DNA from: a virus
DNA length: 64,000 bases
Reading direction: 5' to 3' (one strand)
Virus record (IMG/VR): IMGVR_UViG_3300045241_000083
Coordinates: 7,000-70,999 of that record
The notes beneath the pieces are model-generated. The model ran no database searches. It was given only the letters and a program-made list of their open reading frames with translations, and was not told where the DNA came from. The translations under genes and the position numbers were made by a program. Position 1 is the stretch's first letter. Each line of letters begins with the position of its first letter. This document shows, piece by piece, positions 55,089-64,000 of this stretch.

Positions 55089-55300
55089 CTGAGACGCGAC
55101 CGCCTATAGGCACGAAGGTGAGCGTACAGATTGCCGGCAGTGGCGGCAGCAATAAGGCCAACCGCATCACTTACACCACTGGCAAGGTCGTCAGGCACGT
55201 GGGCCGCGTGCTGCTGGAGGTCAAGACTGCGAACGGCGACCTGCGCATGTACGATCCGTGGGGAGTGACGGTGCTGGAAGAGAAGGAGAAAACACGATGA
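55085..55300 (+). CDS. hypothetical protein
   Basis: Coupled ORF. Confidence 0.5.
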   Translation: MTETRPPIGTKVSVQIAGSGGSNKANRITYTTGKVVRHVGRVLLEVKTANGDLRMYDPWGVTVLEEKEKTR

Positions 55301-55965
55301 ACGAAACACTTACACCACTCAGAAATGGTATGCCGCCACTGCCACGCGGCATGAAGAACCTGCCGGTTGACGACCGGGGTTACCCTATCCCCTACTTCGC
55401 CGCCTTCATAGACGGCAAGCCGGACTTCCGGGTCATGGACGGGGATAAGTTCGTCAAGTGCTGGCGCGAACAGCGATGCTGGTTATGCGGCGAATACCTG
55501 CCGACCATCGTAGCCGCCGTGATCGGGCCGATGTGCACCATCTCCCGTACGACCGCCGAGCCGTTCTCGCACCTAGAGTGCGCCGAGTTCGCCGTGCGTG
55601 TCTGCCCGTTCCTTACACTGCCAAAGGCACACAGGCGAGATGCGCTGCTGCCTGGGCCAGACGTAGTACAGGATGCGGCTGGAATTAGCATCGACAGGAA
55701 CCCAAGAGCCTCGGCAGTCTGGATCACAACTATCAGCCGGGTTACTCCGTTCAGGGATGGTAATGGCGGCATTCTGTTCAACGTAGGCGAACCGTTGGAG
55801 GTGCATTGGTACTACGAGGGCCGCAAGGCGACACGCGCCGAGGTGGAGGAATCCATCCGCACAGGGATAGGCGCACTGGAGAGTATGGCAGAGGAGGATG
55901 GCCCGGACGCTGTTGCCGAACTCGCGCAGATGAGAAAGGCGGCGGAGAAATTTCTGCCAGAGTGA
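55297..55965 (+). CDS. Zn-binding hypothetical phage protein
   Basis: RGYPIPYF...PDFR...CWLCG...P.SH.ECA.FA...CPFL. Confidence 0.7.
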   Translation: MNETLTPLRNGMPPLPRGMKNLPVDDRGYPIPYFAAFIDGKPDFRVMDGDKFVKCWREQRCWLCGEYLPTIVAAVIGPMCTISRTTAEPFSHLECAEFAVRVCPFLTLPKAHRRDALLPGPDVVQDAAGISIDRNPRASAVWITTISRVTPFRDGNGGILFNVGEPLEVHWYYEGRKATRAEVEESIRTGIGALESMAEEDGPDAVAELAQMRKAAEKFLPE

Positions 55966-55978
55966 AAATAGCGGAACC

Positions 55979-56168
55979 TTGACTTCCGTGGAACCGTCTG
56001 CTAGAATGACGGTGTTGGAGTGACAGACTACAATTGAACCGGAGTGGCTCCCGGACGGAGAGTGTTTCCCCTGCACCACGGCCCTTCGATAGGGGCCTGT
56101 TCGCCGAACCACGTGGTGCACGTGCAGAGCCAACAGGCAACAGGTTCCTATCGAGGGGCTTTTCGTTT
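55979..56168 (+). promoter_or_regulatory. promoter plus attenuator-like leader
   Basis: TTGACT-17 bp-TAGAAT (extended TG); ACAATTGAA box; long stem GCCCTTCGATAGG/CCTATCGAGGGGC followed by TTTTCGTTT. Confidence 0.65.
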
Positions 56169-56655
56169 GTCACCGGGGAGTGGAGCGTTCCGCTTAGGAC
56201 GGACCCACAACGCATAGAGAGGGCGACCCTCCCCGGTTAGTATCTCCATGATCGAAGCCGCTACCAAACATCCTCCTCCCTGAAAGTCTCCTGTGACGGA
56301 GACATGCGCCTTCATGGTTCCACGAACCCGGCTAGGCCGGGGCACTCCGAGCGGAACTTGTGGAAGACGCGACACTGCCCAACCGTACACCTGTGACACC
56401 TGCACCGTAAGGAGACCGCCGAAGGACTGGATACGTTGACTGGAATAGTGGGCACGGCTCGTGGGATACCACCGATACCGACACCTACCTATCTACCAAT
56501 CACGAGGACAGACTGGGGTTGGACACCATACGGGACAGGGGGAAACTGGGAACGGGAGGCAGGTGGGCCTTTCTGCCTTTGTGCGCCGCAGGCATTCCGG
56601 GAACCGGTGGGTCTAGGGAGGGTTGAGTGTCAACGAAACAGGGTAGAATTTAGGC

Positions 56656-56895
56656 ATGAAAAGCAGACTAAGAGATTTCATGGCGGCTCATGAAGCGTAC
56701 CAAGTAGCCAAAGAGAATATCCGGCGCGACGGAGGGCCTATGCTGAGAGAGTGGCGAAAAGGCAAAGGCGTCTCGCTAAGAGCTATCGCCAGAAGGTTGT
56801 GCGTAAGCCCTTCGTATCTGTCGAAGGTCGAGCGAGGAATCGAGTTCATCACGCCGGAACTGACCTTGCGCATCTTGGAGGAGATGGAGAAGTGA
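56656..56895 (+). CDS. XRE-family HTH regulator
   Basis: LREWR...GVSLRAIARRL.VSPSYLSKVERG. Confidence 0.88.
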   Translation: MKSRLRDFMAAHEAYQVAKENIRRDGGPMLREWRKGKGVSLRAIARRLCVSPSYLSKVERGIEFITPELTLRILEEMEK

Positions 56896-57290
56896 GATAC
56901 CGCTATTCCCCAAACGTAGGCCCATCCAGCCCGAACAGAAAGTCTCGCGTCAGTCAGGAAAAGTGCGACTTTGCGACCCATCTGCGCAAGAACATGACAG
57001 AGTCCGAGACTTTGCTTTGGGAAAGGCTTCGCGGCAATAAGCTGGGCGTTCGGTTCAGACGACAAGCCATCGTGTTAGGGTATATCGCGGATTTCTGGTG
57101 TCCCACTTTTCGGCTAGTAGTTGAGCTGGACGGAGCTTGCCACGCTGAGCGCGTAGCATACGATGCGGAGCGAGACAGAAACCTTGCTAAGCACGGCATC
57201 CACACGCTACGCATTCCTTCGCGGCAGGTGTTTTCAGACATGGCCGGAGTTATCCGCCGCATCAAGCAATCATTCGATCAAGCAGACTAG
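56892..57290 (+). CDS. DUF559 / Vsr-like endonuclease
   Basis: LRKNMTESE.LLW..LR...LG.RFRRQ...YIADF.C...LVVELDG..H......D..RD..L...G...LR. Confidence 0.9.
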   Translation: MRYRYSPNVGPSSPNRKSRVSQEKCDFATHLRKNMTESETLLWERLRGNKLGVRFRRQAIVLGYIADFWCPTFRLVVELDGACHAERVAYDAERDRNLAKHGIHTLRIPSRQVFSDMAGVIRRIKQSFDQAD

Positions 57291-57424
57291 CACTAACCAG
57301 TCCCAAACAGGCCAAGCTGGAACTCAGCATGGACGCCGCCTTACGAGGCAATCGGAGCTAACGAAGTGGTACTAAAGCACAATCATTGCATAGCTAGGAG
57401 AAACATTCTCCAGAAGAAAGGGGC

Positions 57425-58354
57425 ATGAGGTTGAGCACAGATTTGACCGTATTCGCCGGGTCGGAGCCGCTTGAAGAGACAGGGATAGCGCGCGCCGTCC
57501 TATCCGTCAACAGGAAGCAGATAGAGGCGCGGCTGGCCGAACTCAAAGGAGAGGCATCGACCATACGGCAGCGGGCGCACGCTTTGCGGCATCATATCCT
57601 ATGGCTATACGATGCGAATGCCTGCGAGAAAATGGGTTACGGGCAGGATTGGGAAAAGTTGCTAGAGGAGTTCACCGGACTCGACATCCCGATCAAGACA
57701 TTCTATTGGATGATGCGTTGGGCGGAAGGCGAAGACATCCTAAGCGCAAACGGGAAACCTGCTCAGTTGACGGCAGCCGACGTGCGAGTCGCGCTCAAGT
57801 ACACGAAGATATACGGCCCGGAATTGGTAGCCGACGCGCACCGATCAGTCGAGCAGATGCGCAACGATCCTGGCAGCCGTATCAGCCTGGACAAGACATA
57901 CGACAGCAACCTCAGTAAGTCCATCGAACTTACTCTCTCCGCCCTTCCGGCCGCCGACCCGCGCCGCAAGCTCATAGGCAGCGCTTCGCCCAAGAAGCAG
58001 GAGAAGAAGCAGGCCGATTCGACCACTCCAGCCGAACCTGCGGGAGCAGCAGCAGCGCCGGAAGTAGACCCGGTTACGGTTGGCCGAGGAGTGCCTCCGA
58101 AACCTATGGCCCTGCCAGTCACGACTGACAGCGAGGAGCCAGAGGCAATGCCGAGCGAGACGCATCAGGCAGAGGAAACTCGGGAGGAGCATGTGCCGGA
58201 TGTGCAGCAGATCGACTTCCCTGCATTCGAGGAGGCGCTAAAGACGGCCCTCACGTGGGCAGAGAACCAGAATATCGACGGCGACTTGCAGGTTAGGTTG
58301 CAGGTATCCAGCGTCCTCTGCGAAGTCGCGGGATGGATCGAGTGGAGCACATAG
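57425..58354 (+). CDS. hypothetical protein
   Basis: 309-aa ORF, AAAGGGG upstream. Confidence 0.65.
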   Translation: MRLSTDLTVFAGSEPLEETGIARAVLSVNRKQIEARLAELKGEASTIRQRAHALRHHILWLYDANACEKMGYGQDWEKLLEEFTGLDIPIKTFYWMMRWAEGEDILSANGKPAQLTAADVRVALKYTKIYGPELVADAHRSVEQMRNDPGSRISLDKTYDSNLSKSIELTLSALPAADPRRKLIGSASPKKQEKKQADSTTPAEPAGAAAAPEVDPVTVGRGVPPKPMALPVTTDSEEPEAMPSETHQAEETREEHVPDVQQIDFPAFEEALKTALTWAENQNIDGDLQVRLQVSSVLCEVAGWIEWST

Positions 58355-58356
58355 CC

Positions 58357-61287
58357 ATGAGCGCCAAGATTCTGCGCCCATATCAGGCAGAATGCACGGA
58401 GTCCGTCCTGGACGCCATAGAGCTGGACGGTCTGAACAGGATTCTCTACACCGCGCCGACAGCGAGCGGCAAGAGCGTCATATTCGCGGAATTGACGCGC
58501 CGCCTGCTTATCAAAGGGCATCGAGTCCTGATCCTGGCGCACCGAATCGAGTTGGTGAATCAGGCGATAAGCCATATTCGCAGGCATTGCGGGCTTCGCG
58601 AATACGAAGTGGAAGGTGAGGCAAACGTTTGGCGGGCATCGTCCTCCGCGCGCGTGGTCGTGGGAATGGTGCAGACATGCTGCCGCCCTAACCGGCCCGC
58701 GCCGCCGTGGGAGCCGACAGTCATCATCACGGATGAAAGTCACAGAGCGGCTGCCAAGCTCCAGTACCAGAGCATCTACAAGAAGCACGGCGTACCCGAT
58801 GGCAGGTGTATCCTCATCGGATGTACGGCCACCGCACGCAGGACGGATCGGCAGAGCCTCTATGCGCTGAAGCCGGATAATACGCCTGTCATGCTAGAGC
58901 AGAAGAAGGGCAAACCGCCAATCCCCGCAAACCCGGATACCTCCGTATTCCAGAAGCTCGTCTACGACTACGATATCCTGAGTGCCGTGGAGGACGGATG
59001 GATCGTCGAGCCGCACGTCTACCGCGTCGAGAGCGACACCGATATCAGCAAAGTCCGCACCGTGGCTGGTGAGTTCGTCGAGAAGGACCTCGCCGAAGCG
59101 GTAGATACCGACCGGCGCACCTTGCAGGCTATCAGCCGGTGGAAGGAGATCGCGGCAGATAGGTCTACGCTGGTCTTCTGCGTGACGTGCGAACACGCTC
59201 GCCATGCCGCCGCACTCTGGCGCGACGCGGGTTACAACGCCGTGGACATCAACGGAGAGACGGACCCCGCCGAACGGCATGAAGCGTTCGAGTCCTTCAA
59301 ATCTGGCAAGTTGCAAGTGATATGTAATGTCGGGATAGCTACCGAAGGCACCGACCTGCCGATATGCTCGTGCATCACCATGTTAGCGCCAACGAAAAGT
59401 TGGACTAAGTACGTCCAGTGTCTATCATCGGACACCGAAATCCTCACATCGCACGGCTGGAAAGGAATGGGCGAAATCTCGGAAGGAGACTGCGTTCCTT
59501 CGCTCGACATGCAGACCGGGAAAGGCCGGTGGGTCCGTGTAATTGGAACGACTGAACGCGACATGGGAGCCGAGGAAAAGTGGATCGAGCATGAAGCCCC
59601 GCGAGCGAATTTTCGCGTGACAGACGGGCATAACATGCTTTGCTCCACCGGGGGGACAGCGCGGCAAGAGCACCGCACCGAATGGTACATGACCGAAGCA
59701 CGTAATTTGCGCGATCTTGAGAAAGCTCGGCTGAGGATGCCGGCCGCCGTTCAGATAGACCAGCCCGGCGTACCGCTGACTGATGCCGAACTGTACTTCA
59801 TCGGCATCATGATGACAGATGGTACGTGGACAGAGGTGCAAGCCAGCATATCCCAATCATCACGATACCCTGACGTAATGAATCGGATCGAGTCGTGCCT
59901 CACTACCTTAAATATGACGTGGCGGAAAACTCGGCATAAGGGAGATACCCAATTCAAGGAGCGACACGATCGATGGGTCTACACTATCAGCGCGGGCAAA
60001 ACACGGTCAGGAAATCGTAACACTCCACCTTATCTTCGAGGGGAGATGCGCGAGCGCGAAGCCGGAGAGCACTGGCACAATGGAGAAACCGGCTTCCGTC
60101 ACCTAATGCCCTACCTGGACAAGGATTTTGCGCCCGCGTTAATGGCACTTTCCAAATCTCAGTTCCTAACACTCGTCCTGGCGCTGCATGATGGCGATGG
60201 TATGAAGCTGAAGGACGCTGATTACACTCCGCAAGGTTGGCGAATCTGCTCGGCACGAAAACTGTTCATCGACCGAATGCAGGCACTTGCAGCTATCAAT
60301 GGCTGCACTGCGACATATTCGACTGAACAGGGACCGCGAACCAATCCGATCTACTGGATTACAGTCACTCCGAAGGACTGGAGAAGCATCGGAGGGTATG
60401 GCGAGAGGCGTCCGCACGTCGAAAACAATCCCGGCACAAAAGAGCGTGTCTGGTGTATCGAAACCGAGACCGGTACGATCATCACTCGGCGGCGCGGAAA
60501 AGTCACCGTCATGGGGAATTGTATCGGAAGAGGCAGTCGTACGCTCGATGGGCTCTTGGACGGCATGGAGAGGGCGACGCCACAAGAACGGCGCGACAAG
60601 ATAGCCGCCAGCGCGAAGGTAAACAACCTCGTAATTGACGTAGTGGACGCCTGCGACAACATTGGCGATCTATGCACCGGCCCGGCGATCCTCGATCTTC
60701 CGGTAGGACTGGACCTCGAAGGGCATGGGGTAGCGGAAGTCAAGCGAATGTTGGACGAACACGAGGAAGACACCGCTATCGTCGCGTCTTCCTCGCCCGC
60801 GTCCTTCACGGAAGTTCAGGGGCGACTGGTCGCCGTCAACATCCTACGACGGAGCCATGCCGAGAGTGTGAAGGACTGGCGTATAGGCGACGGCGCAACC
60901 TACAGGTACGTCAAGCTACCGCCCGGCTATCACGCCGAGATGACACAATCAGGCGACAGGTACAGGTTCCACGTCAAGCACGCTGGACAGTCCATCTACG
61001 ACAAGACCGGCAAGCCGATCAGCGCGGCAGGGGAGGACGAGCCGCAGGCCATGCAACGGTACTTCGACTACGCCGCCAGGCACGCTCAGACCGCCATAGA
61101 CGCGCACAAGGCGTCACTGCCTCCCTCCAGCCGTGGAACGCTCGCGAGGCTCTCTGAGAAGCAGGTGAACGTCCTCCTGCGCGACGGGATGAGCAGGGAA
61201 CAGATTGACGCGATGCCGTGGGGGTATGCGCGGAAGCGGATCGGCGAGATACTTGCAACCTGGTACGGAGGGAGGGTGAAGGTATGA
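58357..61287 (+). CDS. SF2 DExH helicase (ResIII/UvsW-like) containing an intein
   Basis: LRPYQ, PTASGKS, ILAHR.EL, DESH, TAT..R.D, TEGTD.P, Q|CIGRGSR. Confidence 0.92.
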   Translation: MSAKILRPYQAECTESVLDAIELDGLNRILYTAPTASGKSVIFAELTRRLLIKGHRVLILAHRIELVNQAISHIRRHCGLREYEVEGEANVWRASSSARVVVGMVQTCCRPNRPAPPWEPTVIITDESHRAAAKLQYQSIYKKHGVPDGRCILIGCTATARRTDRQSLYALKPDNTPVMLEQKKGKPPIPANPDTSVFQKLVYDYDILSAVEDGWIVEPHVYRVESDTDISKVRTVAGEFVEKDLAEAVDTDRRTLQAISRWKEIAADRSTLVFCVTCEHARHAAALWRDAGYNAVDINGETDPAERHEAFESFKSGKLQVICNVGIATEGTDLPICSCITMLAPTKSWTKYVQCLSSDTEILTSHGWKGMGEISEGDCVPSLDMQTGKGRWVRVIGTTERDMGAEEKWIEHEAPRANFRVTDGHNMLCSTGGTARQEHRTEWYMTEARNLRDLEKARLRMPAAVQIDQPGVPLTDAELYFIGIMMTDGTWTEVQASISQSSRYPDVMNRIESCLTTLNMTWRKTRHKGDTQFKERHDRWVYTISAGKTRSGNRNTPPYLRGEMREREAGEHWHNGETGFRHLMPYLDKDFAPALMALSKSQFLTLVLALHDGDGMKLKDADYTPQGWRICSARKLFIDRMQALAAINGCTATYSTEQGPRTNPIYWITVTPKDWRSIGGYGERRPHVENNPGTKERVWCIETETGTIITRRRGKVTVMGNCIGRGSRTLDGLLDGMERATPQERRDKIAASAKVNNLVIDVVDACDNIGDLCTGPAILDLPVGLDLEGHGVAEVKRMLDEHEEDTAIVASSSPASFTEVQGRLVAVNILRRSHAESVKDWRIGDGATYRYVKLPPGYHAEMTQSGDRYRFHVKHAGQSIYDKTGKPISAAGEDEPQAMQRYFDYAARHAQTAIDAHKASLPPSSRGTLARLSEKQVNVLLRDGMSREQIDAMPWGYARKRIGEILATWYGGRVKV
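59419..60519 (+). mobile_element. intein (367 aa) with LAGLIDADG-type homing endonuclease
   Basis: Starts CLSSDTEILTSHGW; VTDGHNM (block B); FIGIMMTDG and LALHDGDG; ends VWCIET...VMGN followed by Cys. Confidence 0.9.
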
Positions 61288-61392
61288 CCAACCAAGACGA
61301 GTTTCGGCAAGCCGTGAAGGATATGCGCCAGTGGCAGAAACGCTACTTCTCCGCAGCCGCGCACACAAACGAGAAAACCGCTGCGCTGAATG

Positions 61393-62574
61393 TCAGATAC
61401 CCCCGCCTGAAGGCTGGGGGCTTGCGCCTAACCCGGTTCCGGTCCCGAACAGAGAGACCGGGGGCTGACACGATGGGCCGTCTGACAGCGGCCTTGCCAG
61501 CAGAGCGATGCCCTTCTGGCGGAGATTGGTAGCGGCTACGAAGTCGGCATTGGCCGTGTAGCCGCAAGACTGACAGCAGAACACGCTCTGTTGCTTCCGG
61601 TTCGCCTTGTCGCAGTGGGAGCAGCGGGGGCAGGTCCGGGAGGTGTTCCTGGGGTCCACGGCCAGCACCCGGATACCGCGCTGCTCGGCCTTGTAGGCGA
61701 GGAAGCTGCGGAGTTGGTGGAACGACCAGCGGTGGAACAAGCCCCGTTGCCCCTTGCGATGGCGGCAGCGGTCCCGGATACCGGTCAGTTCTTCGAGAAC
61801 GAGCGTGTCGCCGGGTGCGAGACCGGCGAGGATGGAGTTGGCGATCAGATGGTTGGCGGAGCGCATAAACCGAGACCAGGCACGGCGCATCTTCTTCAGA
61901 TGGCGCTTGGCGCTCCTGGTGCCTTTGCGCTGGAGGCACCCCTTCAGGTGCTCGAAGTGGCGGGCCTTCTGGTGCAGCGGCCCGGAGGAGAAGAACTTCG
62001 CCGTGGAGGTGACGGCAACCCGCCGAACGCCCAGATCGCAGCCGACCACTGTTTCGGTCGGCTCGACAACGGGGGCTTCGGCTTCGACAACGACGTGGAG
62101 GAAGAACTGACCCCCATCCTGGCACAGATCGGCGGAGGTGACGGTCCAACCGAGATACCGGCGGTAGTAGTCCGGCAGCCGGAAAGAGATCAGCTTCCTG
62201 CCGTTCGTGGTGGCGAGACTGGCCTGCCCCTCGGACAGCTTGACCCAGTAGGACCGGGCATCGTATCGGATCGGACAGTTTGCAGACTGTGGGCAGGAGA
62301 CCTTCTTGCCGCGCTTCCTTCGCGCTTCTACCGAGCGCAGCGTCTCCGTCGCCTTCACTCGGGCGGCACAGACCAACTGCGAGGGAAGAGAAGGCTGCTC
62401 GGCCCGCAGCGTGGCGTAGGTGGCCTGGTGCAGTCGGACGCTGTTGCGCTCTCCATGCTGCCAGCCATAGGAGCAGACGGAATTGAAGCAGGTCGTGTAG
62501 GCCGTCAGTGTCTCGCTGAGGACGGCAGCGACTTCAGGGGTGGGAGCCAGCTTCAGTTTCAGGGTGGCACGCAT
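61393..62574 (-). CDS. tnpB: TnpB RNA-guided endonuclease
   Basis: GCDLG, LEEL, NADFVAA (RuvC D-E-D); CPRC/CQSC zinc finger. Confidence 0.95.
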   Translation of the reverse strand: MRATLKLKLAPTPEVAAVLSETLTAYTTCFNSVCSYGWQHGERNSVRLHQATYATLRAEQPSLPSQLVCAARVKATETLRSVEARRKRGKKVSCPQSANCPIRYDARSYWVKLSEGQASLATTNGRKLISFRLPDYYRRYLGWTVTSADLCQDGGQFFLHVVVEAEAPVVEPTETVVGCDLGVRRVAVTSTAKFFSSGPLHQKARHFEHLKGCLQRKGTRSAKRHLKKMRRAWSRFMRSANHLIANSILAGLAPGDTLVLEELTGIRDRCRHRKGQRGLFHRWSFHQLRSFLAYKAEQRGIRVLAVDPRNTSRTCPRCSHCDKANRKQQSVFCCQSCGYTANADFVAATNLRQKGIALLARPLSDGPSCQPPVSLFGTGTGLGASPQPSGGGI

Positions 62575-62973
62575 CTACATCCCCTTCTGGTTTTCGATGT
62601 AGGCGCGAACCACGCTGTCCGAGACGTGGCCGACCGTGGAGACGAAGTAGCTTCGGGTCCAGAGCGACGGCATCTTCAGCAGATGCGGGAAATCCTGGCG
62701 GCAGATGCGGGAGGTCACTCCCTTGACCTGGGCGACGATCTGATTGGGAGCGAGGTCCGGCGTCATCGCAACGAAAAGGTGAACGTGGTCCGGCATCACC
62801 TCCAGCGCGACCGTTTCGCCGCCGAGGTCCGTGACCTTCTGCCGGATCAGCGCTTCAACCCGATCCTTGACCGGGCCGACCAGGCACTTCCGCCGATACT
62901 TGGGGCAGAACACCAAGTGGTAATTCACGGTATATACCCGGTTGCCGGTTCTTCGATGCATTGTGCTCATCAA
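62575..62973 (-). CDS. tnpA: Y1 HUH transposase TnpA
   Basis: YHLVFCPKYRR, MPDHVHL, LWTRSYFVSTVG, YIENQ. Confidence 0.96.
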   Translation of the reverse strand: MMSTMHRRTGNRVYTVNYHLVFCPKYRRKCLVGPVKDRVEALIRQKVTDLGGETVALEVMPDHVHLFVAMTPDLAPNQIVAQVKGVTSRICRQDFPHLLKMPSLWTRSYFVSTVGHVSDSVVRAYIENQKGM

Positions 62974-63158
62974 GAAGATTATAGCACAAAGCGTGCCTAT
63001 CTGTCGAAGGGCGACTTCCTCCCCAGCCCTTTAGGGCTGGGGTCTCCGTCGCGACGAGCAAGGGAGCCTTTTCTTATGAGCAAAGCAGCCGAAAAACGCG
63101 TGGACGCGATGCTGTCTGAGGAATCTCAGCCTAGTCTGGAATACACCTAAAAGAATCC

Positions 63159-63187
63159 TTGACAGCAGACCGCTATCAGAGTATAAT
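63159..63187 (+). promoter_or_regulatory. consensus sigma70 promoter
   Basis: TTGACA-17 bp-TATAAT; ATG 5 nt downstream (leaderless). Confidence 0.85.
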
Positions 63188-63192
63188 CAGCT

Positions 63193-63396
63193 ATGGATCA
63201 CGAAATCGTACTTACCAAGCTCCGCGCATTCTGTGCGGATAGGACACAGCGGGCGGCTGCAACCGAACTGGGTATCAGCCAGGCGTACCTGAGCGACATC
63301 CTGACCGGCAGGCGTGCAATCAACGATCATGTCGGACTGCAATTCGGCTACAAGCGCGTATGGACGAAATCAAACAAGGAGAACCAGGATGAATGA
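63193..63396 (+). CDS. Cro/XRE-like HTH protein
   Basis: TQRAAATELGISQAYLSDILTGRR. Confidence 0.85.
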   Translation: MDHEIVLTKLRAFCADRTQRAAATELGISQAYLSDILTGRRAINDHVGLQFGYKRVWTKSNKENQDE

Positions 63397-63673
63397 GCAA
63401 GTTCCGATGGTGGTGACGACTGAGAAGGGTGTGTTTTTCGGATACGGCGTGCCGAGCTTGGACGCACAGCACATCAGGATCGAGCGTGCGCGAATGGTCG
63501 TCTACTGGAGCGCAGATTGCCGTTCCGTCGTGGGATTAGCAGCCACCGGGCCGAGTAGCGGTTGTAAGATCGGTCCTGCCGCGCCGAGCATCATCATACG
63601 TAACGTGACGGCAATCATCGAGTGCAGCGACAGCGCGGCCAAGAAGTTCGAGGATTCAAAGTGGAGCATGTGA
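63389..63673 (+). CDS. DUF6948-like phage protein
   Basis: VVTT.KGVFFG......I..AR....WS......LA..GP...IIECS..A; AAGGAG SD. Confidence 0.7.
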   Translation: MNEQVPMVVTTEKGVFFGYGVPSLDAQHIRIERARMVVYWSADCRSVVGLAATGPSSGCKIGPAAPSIIIRNVTAIIECSDSAAKKFEDSKWSM

Positions 63674-64000
63674 TGGAAACCACGATTGCGTTTGAGGGGA
63701 GTGGTCGTTCCGGTTCCGGTTACGGTTCCGGTTCCGGTTACGGTTACGGTTCCGGTTCCGGTTACGGTTCCGGTTCCGGTTACGGTTACGGTTCCGGTTA
63801 CGGTTCCGGTTACGGTTCCGGTTACGGTGACGGTTACGGTTACGGTTCCGGTTACGGTGACGGTTACGGTTACGGTTCCGGTTACGGTTCCGGTTACGGT
63901 GACGGTTACGGTTACGGTTCCGGTTACGGTGACGGTTACGGTTACGGTTACGGTTCCGGTGACGGTTACGGTTACGGTTACGGTTCCGGGTCCGGTTCGG
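63673..64000 (+). CDS. Gly-Ser/Tyr/Asp repeat protein (runs off the window)
   Basis: METTIAFEGSGRSGSGYGSG...; TGATG coupling. Confidence 0.6.
   Translation, partial: METTIAFEGSGRSGSGYGSGSGYGYGSGSGYGSGSGYGYGSGYGSGYGSGYGDGYGYGSGYGDGYGYGSGYGSGYGDGYGYGSGYGDGYGYGYGSGDGYGYGYGSGSGS
63709..64000 (+). repeat. hexamer tandem repeat GGTTCC/GGTTAC/GGTGAC
   Basis: Continuous 6-nt periodicity to the window end. Confidence 0.95.

Larger units (their letters stand above)
61392..63075 (-). mobile_element. IS200/IS605-family insertion sequence (tnpA-tnpB tandem)
   Basis: Sub-terminal hairpins CCCCAGCCCT/AGGGCTGGGG (left end) and CCCC..CCT/AGG..GGGG (right end); no target duplication; boundaries (+/-1 nt) set by the restored ORF. 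Confidence 0.92.
61284..63150 (+). pseudogene. 60-aa phage gene interrupted by the IS200/IS605 element
   Basis: Joining 61284-61391 to 63076-63150 restores MTNQDEFRQAVKDMRQWQKRYF...AALN-MSKAAEKRVDAML...* in frame. Confidence 0.8.

Noticed and set aside
62960-63082. Pairing between the IS left flank (TGCTCAT-AAGAA) and the tnpA start region, suggesting a longer left end
   Set aside because: Extending the IS would break the in-frame restoration of the interrupted gene; treated as probable coincidence.
61591-63150. 519-aa plus-strand ORF
   Set aside because: Antisense to tnpA/tnpB; only its last 24 codons belong to the interrupted gene.
63709-64000. GGT-based repeat as a third guide array for the RAMP protein
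   Set aside because: The period is 6, it is in frame as Gly-X in a coupled ORF, and it lies far from the RAMP gene.
1-64000. Integrase, att sites, DNA polymerase/primase, reverse transcriptase or DGR
   Set aside because: No supporting motifs were seen, so lifestyle and host cannot be determined from this window.

Overview
The window looks like most of a GC-rich tailed phage genome with podovirus-like architecture: no tape measure, but a portal, HK97-type capsid, adaptor, nozzle and very large ejection proteins. No integrase or host genes are recognisable. The minus strand from about 49.0 kb down to 5.0 kb carries packaging, head, tail and ejection, lysis and fibre genes. The plus strand (49.1-64 kb and 0.95-4.9 kb) carries early and replication genes: a MoxR AAA+/vWA pair, an intein-containing SF2 helicase, a SNF2 helicase with a DNA methyltransferase, and HTH regulators. 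Mobile content is one complete IS200/IS605 element (tnpA+tnpB) that splits a small gene, and a solo tnpB cut by the window edge. The most striking feature is a self-contained plus-strand cassette at 24.9-26.2 kb inserted against the late operon. It has a promoter, a structured leader and a lone 221-aa RAMP/Cas7-like gene between two non-coding arrays of 44 and 46 pentamers following a strict G-H-Y-N-N pattern. This is a candidate non-CRISPR RNA-guided system. Other notable signals are a Tad1-like anti-Thoeris protein, repeated attenuator-like leaders before late gene blocks, a small gene nested in the 2,350-aa ejection protein, a probable ATC start for the major capsid gene, and a tRNA-like element. 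All calls come from reading motifs by eye; no searches were run.
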